Assembly (NCBI GenBank): GCA_016930035.1
Contig: JAFGHQ010000044.1
Location: 1 to 56,516 of the forward strand
Length of the DNA stretch: 56,516 nucleotides
DNA from: Gammaproteobacteria bacterium
GTDB lineage: Bacteria > Pseudomonadota > Gammaproteobacteria > UBA12402
Direction: 5' to 3'
The stretch's first letter is position 1, and the number at the start of each line of letters is the position of its first letter. Below the pieces are notes generated by a model. The model searched no databases, was not told the DNA's origin, and saw nothing but the letters and a program-made list of their open reading frames with translations. The position numbers and the translations under genes are program-made. Positions 15,996-27,338 of this stretch are shown here, piece after piece.

Positions 15996-18488
15996 TTAAT
16001 TGTTGAAGCGATCTTCGTACCCGTTAATATATTGTGTTAGCAAACTTCGCGGATCACTATTATCAACCGTCCCTAATCCTTTTAGTAAAAATTGCACGTA
16101 AACACCCGTATCTAATTTTCTTTTATAATCGGGCGCAGGTCCCAACCCTTCAAACGTTCTCGCAACCACAAAGCGAGCGGCCCAACAACAACTCTGATAA
16201 GAAAGACCATAAAAATAAGCTAAGAAATGTCGATGGCTCCAATTGTAATTCCAGCGACCTATAATACTGAAATGTTGGTTCATTGCCCAGTAAATAGAAA
16301 GATCAGTTTGTTTTAAATCATTTTTAGGACTATTGAACGGCGCTCCTAAAAAAGTGTCGCCTAGTCGAGAATAATTATAGCCTAAATTTAACACATGTTG
16401 AGAATCAAGTTTATACTGGAACCCAAAATTTTGATTATCAAAGTACTGGAATTTAGGATCCCAAACAAGCCCCCCAGATACTGACCAATGATTATAAAAA
16501 TTATAAGCCGCTTTGGCAGCAAGAGGGGAACTCAAACGTTTGTTATCTGTATTTGAGGAAGGAAGCATTATCTTTCGTTGCTTAAAATAACGTATTTGCC
16601 CAATGCTGGCGCTCGCTTTTTCATCCCCCGTATCATCGTTAATAAATCGCGTAGTCAGCGCTAAGGTGGCTTGGTTAGTATCTCCAATGCGATCAATACC
16701 GCTGAATCGATTCGCTTGAAACATATAATCATAATCAAAAATGTATAAATTGGTGTCAAAGAGTGGCAGATTATCTTGATCATGATAAGGAATGTAGAGG
16801 TAATATAACTCCGGCTCTAAAGTCTGACGATACTTTACGTTAAACAAACGCAGAGGGCGATCAAAAAATAATCCCGTTTTTAGGTCAAAAATGGGAATAG
16901 CGTAATCTGGGGAATTAGGCTTCCCGGGAACTATGTTTTTGAGTTCGTATTGGGTGAGTTGAGCTTGTATGCGTGGTGTTACGTAGGCATAAGGCCAAAC
17001 CAAGGGCAAACTTATTTCGGGATTTAGATTGTAGCGGTCTCCAATAATAGGTTTCGTAGTCGAGCCTGGTTCAGGATCCTTCAGAAAATTGACAAATTGG
17101 GTATTAATACTATAGATCAGCCCGCCAAATTGCGAAGGAGCAGTTGCTCCCAAATTTAACTCAGGCAACCGTTTATATTGATTTAGAACATCAGCTTGGT
17201 CGACACGATGTAAAGTTCGATAATCTTGTACATTGCCTGAAAAGTTCCAAAAATCACTGACATAATTTACTTTAAATTGGCGATTTAATTGATTATCGCT
17301 GTTGTCGATCATGTTTTTTCCAAAATCACGTAGATAATAAGCATCAGAAACATTGTTATAATCAACCGTTGTTGATAAATGAGGCGTAAATTGAGATTGA
17401 TCTTTCCAAATAAGCTCCCATCGGTTAGCACTTGCGTTTTCAAGTTCGCCAAGCGTTGGACGGCTAGGCCATTTGTTGGGAGCTTTATTCTTGAAGTGTT
17501 TAAATGCTTGATCGGAAAAAATAATACCGCCCAATATATCTCCTCGATCGTATTTTGTAAGATAACGGAATAAGCCATTCCATAAAATTCCACGTTTACT
17601 CATAATATGCGGGGTAATGGTAGCATCATAATTAGGCGCTATATTCCAATAGTACGGAATGGAAAAAACGGAACCCGTTTTTTTAGCTGAAAAGCTATAA
17701 GAAGGCATTAAAAATCCGCTATATCTGCGTTTATCAATAGGAAAATTGATATAAGGCAAGTAAAAAAAAGGTATGCGATTGGTAAATAACCGCACATTCG
17801 TAGCGCTTCCACGGCCGCTATTGGAATCTAGATGTATATGAGAACCTTTTAGTTTCCAGCAGTTATTGCCGGGGGGGCAGGTAGTATAGGTGGCTTGATT
17901 GAGATCCAAAATGCCTTTTGCAGGTCGCCTGGCTGTTTCTGCTTCACCTCGAGCATATAGTTGATCGGCTGGTTGTTGCGCCGCTGTTATTTTTGAAGGG
18001 ATTCCGCGAGCAATGCGATAAATAATTTTTTTTAGTTTTACGATATCAGTTTTTAGGTCTAACGTTGCAAAGTCGGCGATAATCAGTTTTCCTGCCTCAA
18101 TCAGATGAACGTTTCCTAACGCTTCAAGTCTTGAGGCTTTTCCCGTTTGATCACGATATATTTTTCCCGTATTTGCTTTGAGTTCTTTGCCTGGTTGTGT
18201 AATGACAACATGCCCCTTAAGACGTGTTACGTTTTTTGGGGAATAAAACATTTTATCTGCTTTTATATGATAATAATTTTCTTTCGATGGGATTTGGGGC
18301 GTCGGGCCTTCAGGAAGCGGGATGATTTTATAATAACCATGGCAAAGATTATTCAGATTTTCCGAGTAAACCCAGCCCAATTGGTTTGCTAATGCTGTCG
18401 CATCATCAATATGTTGCGCAAAAGGTTTTGATGTTAAAAACAAACACGAATAGAAAATGATGATACAAAAAAAAACCTTTTTAGACAT
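15996..18488 (-). CDS. lptD: LPS-assembly outer-membrane protein LptD (OstA/Imp)
   Basis: 830 aa with a signal peptide, an OstA-like N-terminal domain, a long aromatic-rich beta-barrel region, and the lptD-surA linkage. Confidence 0.88.
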   Translation of the reverse strand: MSKKVFFCIIIFYSCLFLTSKPFAQHIDDATALANQLGWVYSENLNNLCHGYYKIIPLPEGPTPQIPSKENYYHIKADKMFYSPKNVTRLKGHVVITQPGKELKANTGKIYRDQTGKASRLEALGNVHLIEAGKLIIADFATLDLKTDIVKLKKIIYRIARGIPSKITAAQQPADQLYARGEAETARRPAKGILDLNQATYTTCPPGNNCWKLKGSHIHLDSNSGRGSATNVRLFTNRIPFFYLPYINFPIDKRRYSGFLMPSYSFSAKKTGSVFSIPYYWNIAPNYDATITPHIMSKRGILWNGLFRYLTKYDRGDILGGIIFSDQAFKHFKNKAPNKWPSRPTLGELENASANRWELIWKDQSQFTPHLSTTVDYNNVSDAYYLRDFGKNMIDNSDNQLNRQFKVNYVSDFWNFSGNVQDYRTLHRVDQADVLNQYKRLPELNLGATAPSQFGGLIYSINTQFVNFLKDPEPGSTTKPIIGDRYNLNPEISLPLVWPYAYVTPRIQAQLTQYELKNIVPGKPNSPDYAIPIFDLKTGLFFDRPLRLFNVKYRQTLEPELYYLYIPYHDQDNLPLFDTNLYIFDYDYMFQANRFSGIDRIGDTNQATLALTTRFINDDTGDEKASASIGQIRYFKQRKIMLPSSNTDNKRLSSPLAAKAAYNFYNHWSVSGGLVWDPKFQYFDNQNFGFQYKLDSQHVLNLGYNYSRLGDTFLGAPFNSPKNDLKQTDLSIYWAMNQHFSIIGRWNYNWSHRHFLAYFYGLSYQSCCWAARFVVARTFEGLGPAPDYKRKLDTGVYVQFLLKGLGTVDNSDPRSLLTQYINGYEDRFNN

Positions 18489-18517
18489 GATTTAAAGTTT
18501 AAATATTAGCATGGGAA

Positions 18518-18601
18518 TGCCGAGGAGAGGACTTGAACCTCCACGGGGTTGCCCCCACAAGTACCTGAAACTTGCGTGTCTACCAATTCCACCACCTCGG
18601 C
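18518..18601 (-). tRNA. tRNA-Leu (anticodon CAG), 84 nt, long variable arm
   Basis: The reverse complement GCCGAGGTGGTGGAATTGGTAGACACGCAAGTTTCAGGTACTTGTGGGGGCAACCCCGTGGAGGTTCAAGTCCTCTCCTCGGCA folds as a cloverleaf. The anticodon stem is CAAGT/ACTTG and the loop is TTCAGGT. Confidence 0.93.
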
Positions 18602-18766
18602 TCATCGAACCGACAACTTTAAATTCTACAATGTTTAATACTTATTTGCGAATAATTCATTTGCTAAAGCATTCAAAGGACTTTTGACAATTTTTTAGTG
18701 TTTTGGCATGATGTGAATGAATAAAAACCAAATAGAATAATCAATTCTACCATGTGGAGGTATTTT

Positions 18767-19318
18767 ATGCGCAAATTCTTATCCATTTTTCTATTCAGCA
18801 CAGTATTCTTGTTCGTTGGTTGTACCCATACCCCAAGACCATCTGATATGTACGGGAGTGGAGGGGGCGCCGATGAATCTGTCATGACTAGCGGAACAGG
18901 AACAACACCTGGTTTTGGAAATGGTCGTTATAACGAAGAAAATTTAATTAATACTCAAGCGGGGCCGCATGAAGGCTTATTAGCAAAACGCAGCTATTAT
19001 TTTGATTTTGATAGCAATGAAGTTCGCCAATCTGATTATCCTGCCGTTAAGGCACATGCTCGTTATCTTATCGAACATAAAAATGCACGAATCGTTTTAC
19101 AGGGTAATGCGGATATCCGTGGCAGTCGGGAATACAACATTGCTTTAGGACAAAGGCGAGCCGATGCCGTTGCCGATATTTTGAAAATGCAGGGCGTCGC
19201 ATCAAAACAAATTAGGACGATAAGTTTTGGAGCAGAAAAGCCGATAGCAACAGGACATACGGAGGAGGATTATCAGTTAAATCGCCGTGTTGATATTGTT
19301 TATACGCTTCGTAGTTAA
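18767..19318 (+). CDS. pal: Peptidoglycan-associated lipoprotein Pal (OmpA-like domain)
   Basis: Lipobox LFVGC and OmpA-family motifs (NADIRGSREYNIALGQRRADAV, NRRVDIV). A GGAGG RBS supports the ATG at 18767 rather than 18752. Confidence 0.9.
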   Translation: MRKFLSIFLFSTVFLFVGCTHTPRPSDMYGSGGGADESVMTSGTGTTPGFGNGRYNEENLINTQAGPHEGLLAKRSYYFDFDSNEVRQSDYPAVKAHARYLIEHKNARIVLQGNADIRGSREYNIALGQRRADAVADILKMQGVASKQIRTISFGAEKPIATGHTEEDYQLNRRVDIVYTLRS

Positions 19319-19320
19319 AT

Positions 19321-20166
19321 ATGATGATGATGATGAAAAAAATATTATTATTGATATGTTGCTTGATCCCTTTTGTGGCTGTTGCTGAAGTGCCGGTAGT
19401 CGATTTAAATTCGCAAATATCAAATGACGTGGCGACAGCCAGCCAAGATCAAGACCAAAGCATCGATACTTCACAGATGAACCCCGAAGACCGGCTTTCC
19501 CAACTCGAGCAACAAATGAAATTTCTTCAAGGTATGGCCATTTCCTCCAAGATTCAACAATTGCAACAACAAGTTCAGGATTTGAGGGGCATTGTAGAAA
19601 TTCAAGGCCATGAAATTAAACAACTGCAAGATCAACAACGAAGTTTGTACAATGATTTAGACGAACGCATTTCAAAATTCACGTCGACTTCCAATATTGT
19701 TACGCCCATTTCGACGGCAAACATCCAACCTTCACCAGAAAAAAAGACCGTTGATCAAAAAGTCTCAGCAAAAGAAATTCAAGTTTATCAATCTGCATTT
19801 CAGCTCATAAAAGATAAGCAATATAGCGACGCTACTCGTGCATTAAATGATTACTTAAAAAATTTTCCTTCAGGCAAATATATTTCCGATGCCCATTATT
19901 GGCTGGGCGAAATTTACCTCATATCAGGTGATAATGATCATGCAAAAGGGGAATTTTTTACGGTGGCCAACGTTTATCCCAATTCAGAAAAAGCTCCTGG
20001 CGCTTTACTCAAATTAGGATCGATGGCTTACGATCAATCTGCTTTTCAACAAGCGCAGCAATGGTGGAAAACATTGATTAACAAATATCCAAAAAGCAAT
20101 GAAGCCAAAACAGCGCAAACTCGCCTCTCTCAACTCGAAAGTAGTGGAATTGTTGATAACGGTTAA
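19321..20166 (+). CDS. cpoB: Tol-Pal system protein CpoB/YbgF (coiled coil plus TPR)
   Basis: Signal peptide, a Q-rich coiled coil and C-terminal TPR-like repeats (YQSAFQLIKDKQYSDA.., HYWLGEIY..). It lies immediately downstream of pal. Confidence 0.85.
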   Translation: MMMMMKKILLLICCLIPFVAVAEVPVVDLNSQISNDVATASQDQDQSIDTSQMNPEDRLSQLEQQMKFLQGMAISSKIQQLQQQVQDLRGIVEIQGHEIKQLQDQQRSLYNDLDERISKFTSTSNIVTPISTANIQPSPEKKTVDQKVSAKEIQVYQSAFQLIKDKQYSDATRALNDYLKNFPSGKYISDAHYWLGEIYLISGDNDHAKGEFFTVANVYPNSEKAPGALLKLGSMAYDQSAFQQAQQWWKTLINKYPKSNEAKTAQTRLSQLESSGIVDNG

Positions 20167-20335
20167 ATCAATAAAGACTACAGAAATTTTGAATTCTAAA
20201 TTGTGGGGCCGCTTGCGCAACAAAATTAATCGTAGGGGGCGCGGTCCTGCGCTCCGTGCAGCATAATCCAATAACTCGAATTCTTGCTAACACTCATAAC
20301 GTTAGATATACTAACGTTTATAACGTTAGATATTT

Positions 20336-21661
20336 TTGAGAATCGCTAAAGTGGATATTCCATCAATCAACAATAATCTCGCTCAAGCCAAAATTAACAT
20401 ACCTGGAATGTTTCCTCATTTAGACTCATTGAAATCAGCTCCCTGTGTTTTTACTATTCATTTTGGTTTAAAGACATTACCCACAGAACCCGGTATTTTG
20501 ATGATTCGCGGAGCGAGACAGTATGGGAAAAGCACATGGCTTGAACAAATGCTTTATAAAACAGTGCAAGAATTTGGTGCAAGCTCAGCTTTTTATTTGA
20601 ATGGCGAATATCTTTTAAGCGCAGATCGGCTTGAACATGAAATATCAGTATTATTACCTTTTTTTTCTCAGAAAACAGTTGTACGACGCCTATTTATTGA
20701 TGAAATTACAGCAATTCCGAATTGGGAGGTAGCTATAAAACGATTAGCTGATAGTGGGAAATTAAAAGAAATATTGATCATCACAACAGGATCAAAAGCC
20801 ACTGATCTACGAAGAGGTATTGAAAAATTACCAGGAAGAAAAGGAAAATTATCCCGAACTAGTTATTTATTTACTCCTATTTCGTATAAAGAATTTCACA
20901 GAGTTTGTGGTAAGAAATTGGGTAATAAAGCTCTTATAACCTATTTAATTTCTGGTGGTTCTCCTGTCGCCTGTTCTGAACTCTTGATTCAAGGAAACAT
21001 ACCTGAGTACGTTATAGAATTGACTCGCGATTGGATTGAAGGTGAAATTTTTGCAACAGGTCGTTCCCGTATCTCATTGTGTAATATTTTAAATACAATT
21101 TTTCGCTGGGGGGGAACCCCTGTAGGACAAGCTAAAGTAGCTCGCGAGGCGGGTTTAGCTAATAATACGGTTGCTTTAGGATACTTAGAAATTTTAAATG
21201 ATCTCGGTTGTATCATACCCGCTTACCCTTGGGATCAGCATAAAAAACAACTGATTTTGCGAAAACCCTGTAAATACCATTTCACTAATCTGCTGACAGC
21301 AGTTAGCTATCACACTTCAATGATTCGACAAGCGGAGGATTTTTTAACGCTCCCCAAAATGACACAGAGAATTTGGTATGAATGGTTAATAGCCCAAGAA
21401 TTGACGCGGCGATCTGCTATTTGTGGTGAGGAAATTTTATCACCACTTGCTTTTTGGCAAAATAAAGAACATGAAATAGATTTTATTATTAATTCAGAAT
21501 CATTTATTGAAGTCAAAAAAGGCACTTCTTCCCCTTTTGAGTTTGCCTGGTTTCCTCATCAGTTTCCGAAAAACAAACTCACTGTAATTAACTCCTCTCA
21601 ATTTAAAAATGAATTTGTGGAAGGGGTCACCATAGAAGATTTCTTATTATCTTCTGAATAA
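20336..21661 (+). CDS. AAA+ ATPase (AAA_14-like) fused to a DUF4143-type C-terminal PD-(D/E)xK-like module
   Basis: Walker A GARQYGKST, Walker B LFIDEI and a C-terminal EIDFII..IEVKKG motif. The track start is TTG; an alternative ATG lies at 20408. Confidence 0.65.
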   Translation: MRIAKVDIPSINNNLAQAKINIPGMFPHLDSLKSAPCVFTIHFGLKTLPTEPGILMIRGARQYGKSTWLEQMLYKTVQEFGASSAFYLNGEYLLSADRLEHEISVLLPFFSQKTVVRRLFIDEITAIPNWEVAIKRLADSGKLKEILIITTGSKATDLRRGIEKLPGRKGKLSRTSYLFTPISYKEFHRVCGKKLGNKALITYLISGGSPVACSELLIQGNIPEYVIELTRDWIEGEIFATGRSRISLCNILNTIFRWGGTPVGQAKVAREAGLANNTVALGYLEILNDLGCIIPAYPWDQHKKQLILRKPCKYHFTNLLTAVSYHTSMIRQAEDFLTLPKMTQRIWYEWLIAQELTRRSAICGEEILSPLAFWQNKEHEIDFIINSESFIEVKKGTSSPFEFAWFPHQFPKNKLTVINSSQFKNEFVEGVTIEDFLLSSE

Positions 21662-21734
21662 GATTTTCTGCCTTAAGAGCTATTTATACAACCACGCCAT
21701 TTAAAGGTAATCCTAGTTCGATCAGTCTTTTCGC

Positions 21735-21762
21735 TTGATATTTTAGAAAAAATCATTACTAT
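21735..21762 (+). promoter_or_regulatory. Candidate promoter for tRNA-Lys (TTGATA-16 nt-TACTAT)
   Basis: Hexamers read directly. The -10 element ends 12 nt before the mature tRNA 5' end. Confidence 0.4.
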
Positions 21763-21774
21763 ACATGGCCTCTT

Positions 21775-21850
21775 GGGTCGTTAGCTCAGCTGGTAGAGCA
21801 GCAGGCTTTTAACCTGTTGGTCCTGCGTTCGAGTCGCAGACGACCCACCA
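21775..21850 (+). tRNA. tRNA-Lys (anticodon UUU), CCA encoded
   Basis: GGGTCGTTAGCTCAGCTGGTAGAGCAGCAGGCTTTTAACCTGTTGGTCCTGCGTTCGAGTCGCAGACGACCCACCA, with anticodon loop CTTTTAA. Confidence 0.95.
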
Positions 21851-21877
21851 TCCTCATTCTCTTAACGTCAATAAAAC

Positions 21878-22579
21878 ATGACCCAAATCAGTGAAAATCT
21901 ATCTGCTATAAGACAGCGAATTCAAGAAACCGCTCAAAAATTTCATCGCGATCCCCAAACCATAAAACTATTAACAGCATCGAAAGCAAGAAGTATTGCT
22001 GAAATCCAAGAAGCAGTTGGATTAGGCCAATATATTTTTGGTGAAAACTATGTACAAGAAGCTTTATCCAAAATAGAAGCACTGTCCGATAGCCGCATTG
22101 AATGGCATTTTATAGGTCCTATTCAATCCAATAAAACTAAAACGATTGCTGAACATTTTGCTTGGGCACAAAGTATCGATCGATTAAAAATAGCACAGCG
22201 CCTGAGTGCTCAGAGACCTGAGAATCTTCCCCCTTTGAACGTGTGTATCGAAGTCAATTTGAGCAAAGAATCCACAAAATCTGGGGTTTCCGATGAGGGG
22301 GAACTGATTCGATTGGCAGAAGCGATTTCTGCTCTGCCAAACTTAAAATTAAGAGGATTGATGGCAATTCCAGAACCCAGTTCAACCTTTGATAAACAAA
22401 GAAAAATCTTTAGAAAATTAGTTGATTATTTAAAAATTCTCAATGACCGGGGATTAAATCTCGATACCCTTAGCATGGGCATGTCCGATGATTTTGAAGC
22501 GGCCATAGCAGAGGGCGCAACGATTATACGACTGGGTACAGCCATTTTTGGCCCAAGGGAAAAAATAATTAAGCATTAA
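21878..22579 (+). CDS. yggS: YggS-family pyridoxal-phosphate homeostasis protein
   Basis: 233 aa with the PLP-Lys context (LLTASKARS), FGENYVQEA, WHFIGPIQSNKTK and SMGMSDDFE. Confidence 0.9.
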   Translation: MTQISENLSAIRQRIQETAQKFHRDPQTIKLLTASKARSIAEIQEAVGLGQYIFGENYVQEALSKIEALSDSRIEWHFIGPIQSNKTKTIAEHFAWAQSIDRLKIAQRLSAQRPENLPPLNVCIEVNLSKESTKSGVSDEGELIRLAEAISALPNLKLRGLMAIPEPSSTFDKQRKIFRKLVDYLKILNDRGLNLDTLSMGMSDDFEAAIAEGATIIRLGTAIFGPREKIIKH

Positions 22580-22585
22580 AATAAA

Positions 22586-22752
22586 AATGGCGTTGTTGCA
22601 TAAATCGTCATTAAGGTCATCCTGGAATCCAGACCTCGTCATCCTGAACTTGATTCAGGATCCAGGGATATTTAACTTTAACATCCCTGTCAACTGGATC
22701 CTGGCTTCCCAGCCAGGATGACAGTTGGGGTTATTTATGCAACAACACCATT
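22586..22752. repeat. MITE-like element, family A, copy 2 (~167 bp) in the yggS-murA spacer
   Basis: Same termini and internal hairpins as 15802-15967, in the same orientation on the + strand. Confidence 0.9.
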
Positions 22753-22773
22753 TTTAATTCATACTAAAGGTAA

Positions 22774-24036
<1,263 letters not shown>

Positions 24037-24060
24037 TTAAAAATCGTTATAAAATAAAGT

Positions 24061-26736
24061 ATGCAAAACTCACCTTTCATACTCGTAGACGGATCTTCTT
24101 ATCTTTATCGTGCCTATCACGCACTACCTGCATTGACCACTTCCAAAGGGCAGCCAACAGGTGCGGTTTACGGGGTCATTAGTATGCTTCGTCGTTTAGT
24201 GAACGATTACCATCCCCAACATATGGTTGTGGTGTTCGATGCAAAGGGAAAAACCTTTCGACATGATCTTTACCCCCAATATAAAGCACATCGACCACCT
24301 ATGCCGGATGAGCTGATTCAGCAAATTAAACCGCTTCATGAAATTATCAAAGCCATGCGGATTCCTTTACTTGTTATTGAAGGCGTAGAGGCGGATGATG
24401 TGATTGGCACTTTAGCGCAAAAGGCCGTCAAAAAAGGCGCCCAAGTTTTAATTTCGACAGGCGATAAAGATCTGGCTCAATTGGTTAATGCCAACGTTAC
24501 CTTGGTCAATACCATGACAAACACCCTCCTTGATCGTCGAGGCGTTGAGGAAAAATTCGGAGTCAAGCCCGAGCAAATCGTGGACTATCTTACACTCATT
24601 GGTGACCCAACTGATAACATACCTGGCGTCCTTAAAGCCGGCCCTAAAACAGTATCAACATGGTTAAAAGATTATGGCTCGCTTGATAATCTCATCTCCC
24701 ATGCATCAGAAATTACAGGAAGAGTGGGGGAAAATTTGCGCGCGAGTCTCAATCAACTACCTTTATCTAAAGAATTAGTCACCATTCGTAAAAATGTAGA
24801 TTTGGATATTGATATGGAACAGCTGGTTGATGAACCCGATGATCGCGAAAAACTCATTGCGCTTTTTAAAGAATTGGAATTTAAAAATTGGCTTGCTGAA
24901 CTCCTTGAGGAACATGCTACTCATCATAATCGAAACTATGAGGCCATTTTAGATGAAAAAACTTTAGAAAACGAAATTCAGCGCCTAGAAAACACGGGAA
25001 TTTTTGCGCTCGATACAGAAACGACCAGTTTAGATTACATCGATGCAGAATTGGTTGGGCTATCATTTTCTACGGAAGCGGGAAAAGGAGTTTATATCCC
25101 GCTTGCACATCAATATCCCGAAGCGCCCGCCCAACTCAATCGAGAATGGGTGCTTGGTAAACTCAAACCTTTACTCGAAAACACTAAACTTAAAAAAATA
25201 GGCCACAATTTAAAATACGATAAAGAAGTTTTGCTCAATCATCATATTAATCTTCAAGGTGTTGCTTTTGATACCATGCTGGAATCTTACGTCTTTAATA
25301 GCGTTGCTTCTCGGCATAATCTTGATGCACTAGCGTTAAAATATTTAGGTTACAAAACAACAACTTATGAAGATGTTGCCGGAAGAGGTGCAAAAAAAGT
25401 TTCTTTTCAAAAAGTTCCCATTGAAAAAGCTGTTCCTTACGCTTGTGAGGATGCTGATATCAGTTTACGACTTCATCAGTATTTTTGGCCGAAGCTGGAA
25501 GATGAAGTAGCATTGAAAAAAGTTCTTTTAGATATTGAAATGCCGCTGCTTGAAGTTTTATGTAAAATGGAGCGTAAAGGGGTCATTGTAGATGATATGT
25601 TATTAAAACAACAAAGCACCCAAATAGAAAAACATTTGCAAGAACTGACGCAAAAAGCTTACCAACAAGCAGGCATCGCTTTTAATATGAATTCTCCCAA
25701 ACAGCTTCAAGAAATTTTGTACGAAAAATTAGGATTACCTATCTTGAAAAAGACACCGGGCGGACAGCCTTCCACCGCAGAAGCGGTACTTCAAGATTTA
25801 GCACTCGATTTCCCTTTGCCCAAGCTCATTTTGGAATATCGAAGTCTCAGTAAACTGAAATCTACTTATACCGATCGGCTTCCCGAGCAAATTAGCGCCA
25901 AAACAGGACGTGTTCACACATCCTATAATCAAGCGATAGCAGCCACAGGACGTCTTTCCTCTTCTGATCCTAATTTACAAAATATTCCGATTCGAACGCC
26001 CGAAGGACGCAAAATTCGTCAAGCTTTTATTGCCCCAAAAGGCTATAAATTAGCTGCGCTTGATTATTCGCAAATTGAATTGCGCATTATGGCGCACCTT
26101 TCTCAAGATGCAGGATTGATTCGAGCTTTTAGCAAAGGTTCGGATATTCACAAAGCAACTGCTTCCGAAATTTTTGGAGTGGATATCAATAAAGTAACGC
26201 CCACTCAACGTCGGAAAGCTAAAGCCATCAATTTTGGTTTAATTTATGGAATGAGCGCCTTTGGTTTAGCCAAACAAATTCAGGCAGAACGTGAGGCAGC
26301 CCAAGCTTATATGGATGTCTATTTTTCAAGATACCCCAGTGTTAAAGTTTATATGGAACGAATACGCCAACAAGCTAAACAACAAGGTTATGTTGAAACA
26401 TTATTTGGCCGTCGGCTTTACACGCCTGATATGAAATCGCAAAATATGATGAGAAGAAAAGCGGCAGAACGAGCGGCGATTAACGCGCCGATGCAAGGCA
26501 CCGCAGCAGATATTATCAAGAAAGCAATGATTGCTATTGACCATTGGATTACTGAGGGCAAAATTGATGCTCACATGATTATGCAAGTGCATGATGAGCT
26601 GGTATTTGAGGTAGCAGAGCCCACCGCAGAAAAAACTGTCGCCCAAATACAAAAACTCATGGAAAATATTGTCGAACTTTCTGTCCCGCTTATTGTTGAT
26701 GGAGGTATTGGTAATAACTGGGATGAAGCCCATTGA
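24061..26736 (+). CDS. polA: DNA polymerase I
   Basis: 891 aa. It has the 5' nuclease domain (GDKDLAQLV), the 3'-5' exo motif (ALDTETTSLD) and pol motifs (DYSQIELRIMAH, RRKAKAINFGLIYG, QVHDELVFE). Confidence 0.96.
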   Translation: MQNSPFILVDGSSYLYRAYHALPALTTSKGQPTGAVYGVISMLRRLVNDYHPQHMVVVFDAKGKTFRHDLYPQYKAHRPPMPDELIQQIKPLHEIIKAMRIPLLVIEGVEADDVIGTLAQKAVKKGAQVLISTGDKDLAQLVNANVTLVNTMTNTLLDRRGVEEKFGVKPEQIVDYLTLIGDPTDNIPGVLKAGPKTVSTWLKDYGSLDNLISHASEITGRVGENLRASLNQLPLSKELVTIRKNVDLDIDMEQLVDEPDDREKLIALFKELEFKNWLAELLEEHATHHNRNYEAILDEKTLENEIQRLENTGIFALDTETTSLDYIDAELVGLSFSTEAGKGVYIPLAHQYPEAPAQLNREWVLGKLKPLLENTKLKKIGHNLKYDKEVLLNHHINLQGVAFDTMLESYVFNSVASRHNLDALALKYLGYKTTTYEDVAGRGAKKVSFQKVPIEKAVPYACEDADISLRLHQYFWPKLEDEVALKKVLLDIEMPLLEVLCKMERKGVIVDDMLLKQQSTQIEKHLQELTQKAYQQAGIAFNMNSPKQLQEILYEKLGLPILKKTPGGQPSTAEAVLQDLALDFPLPKLILEYRSLSKLKSTYTDRLPEQISAKTGRVHTSYNQAIAATGRLSSSDPNLQNIPIRTPEGRKIRQAFIAPKGYKLAALDYSQIELRIMAHLSQDAGLIRAFSKGSDIHKATASEIFGVDINKVTPTQRRKAKAINFGLIYGMSAFGLAKQIQAEREAAQAYMDVYFSRYPSVKVYMERIRQQAKQQGYVETLFGRRLYTPDMKSQNMMRRKAAERAAINAPMQGTAADIIKKAMIAIDHWITEGKIDAHMIMQVHDELVFEVAEPTAEKTVAQIQKLMENIVELSVPLIVDGGIGNNWDEAH

Positions 26737-26776
26737 AACACTATCCTGATGAAATTTTAAAGTAAGGAGGTCCACT

Positions 26777-27127
26777 ATGAAATTTTCAGTAGCATATCTT
26801 CCCGCAGAAAGCGACCTGGTTGCGGGTGATTTTATTATTACTTGCGAAGATGATGAAGCCAAATATTTCATGGAGGCTATTAATCGAGAACTGAAATGGA
26901 TGGAAGCCAAAAGAGTCGATGCCGTTAGAAAAGGTTCCAAAATGGGAGTTAGGGAAATCCCTCATTATCCCATGCAAAAAGAAGACGATCATTACCATTT
27001 TAATAGTATGCACAAGGAGGACGTTTGCCTTGCTGCGCGACATTTAGTAGGTGAAGAGCAAGAAATCATTATTACAACAGAAATGGTTGACGAATTAGAA
27101 AAAGAACTTTATGAAAAAGGGCGGTAA
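26777..27127 (+). CDS. Hypothetical acidic 116-aa protein
   Basis: A strong RBS (AAGGAGG) lies 7 nt upstream of the ATG. I recognise no family. Confidence 0.5.
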   Translation: MKFSVAYLPAESDLVAGDFIITCEDDEAKYFMEAINRELKWMEAKRVDAVRKGSKMGVREIPHYPMQKEDDHYHFNSMHKEDVCLAARHLVGEEQEIIITTEMVDELEKELYEKGR

Positions 27128-27185
27128 GTTCTGCCACCGCTTGCGACGCGATGTTTTATTAAAACACGATAAAGCGCATAAAAAA

Positions 27186-27237
27186 ATAACTATTCACTGT
27201 TCAATCAAGTAACCTCTTGATTAAGCAGTGAATGGTT
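27186..27237. repeat. Hairpin repeat, family C (TAACTATTCACTGTTCAATCAAGTAACCTCTTGATTAAGCAGTGAATGGTTA)
   Basis: Imperfect palindrome read directly. Related modules occur at 42084-42138 and 47031-47174. Confidence 0.75.
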
Positions 27238-27338
27238 ATATACTGAATATATCTTAAAAGAACCAAAAAGGATAAAATTCCGACATCTCATAAACCCAAG
27301 AACATGACAATTTAATTGATAAAAATGTTGAGCAAACT

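Noticed and set aside
20167-20290. GC-rich patch (..GTGGGGCCGCTTGCGCAAC..GTAGGGGGCGCGGTCCTGCGCTCCGTGCAGC..) as a possible tRNA fragment, att site or small RNA
   Set aside because: I could not fold it into a cloverleaf or a clean hairpin. It only vaguely resembles another GC-rich patch at about 9960-10005. The evidence is insufficient.
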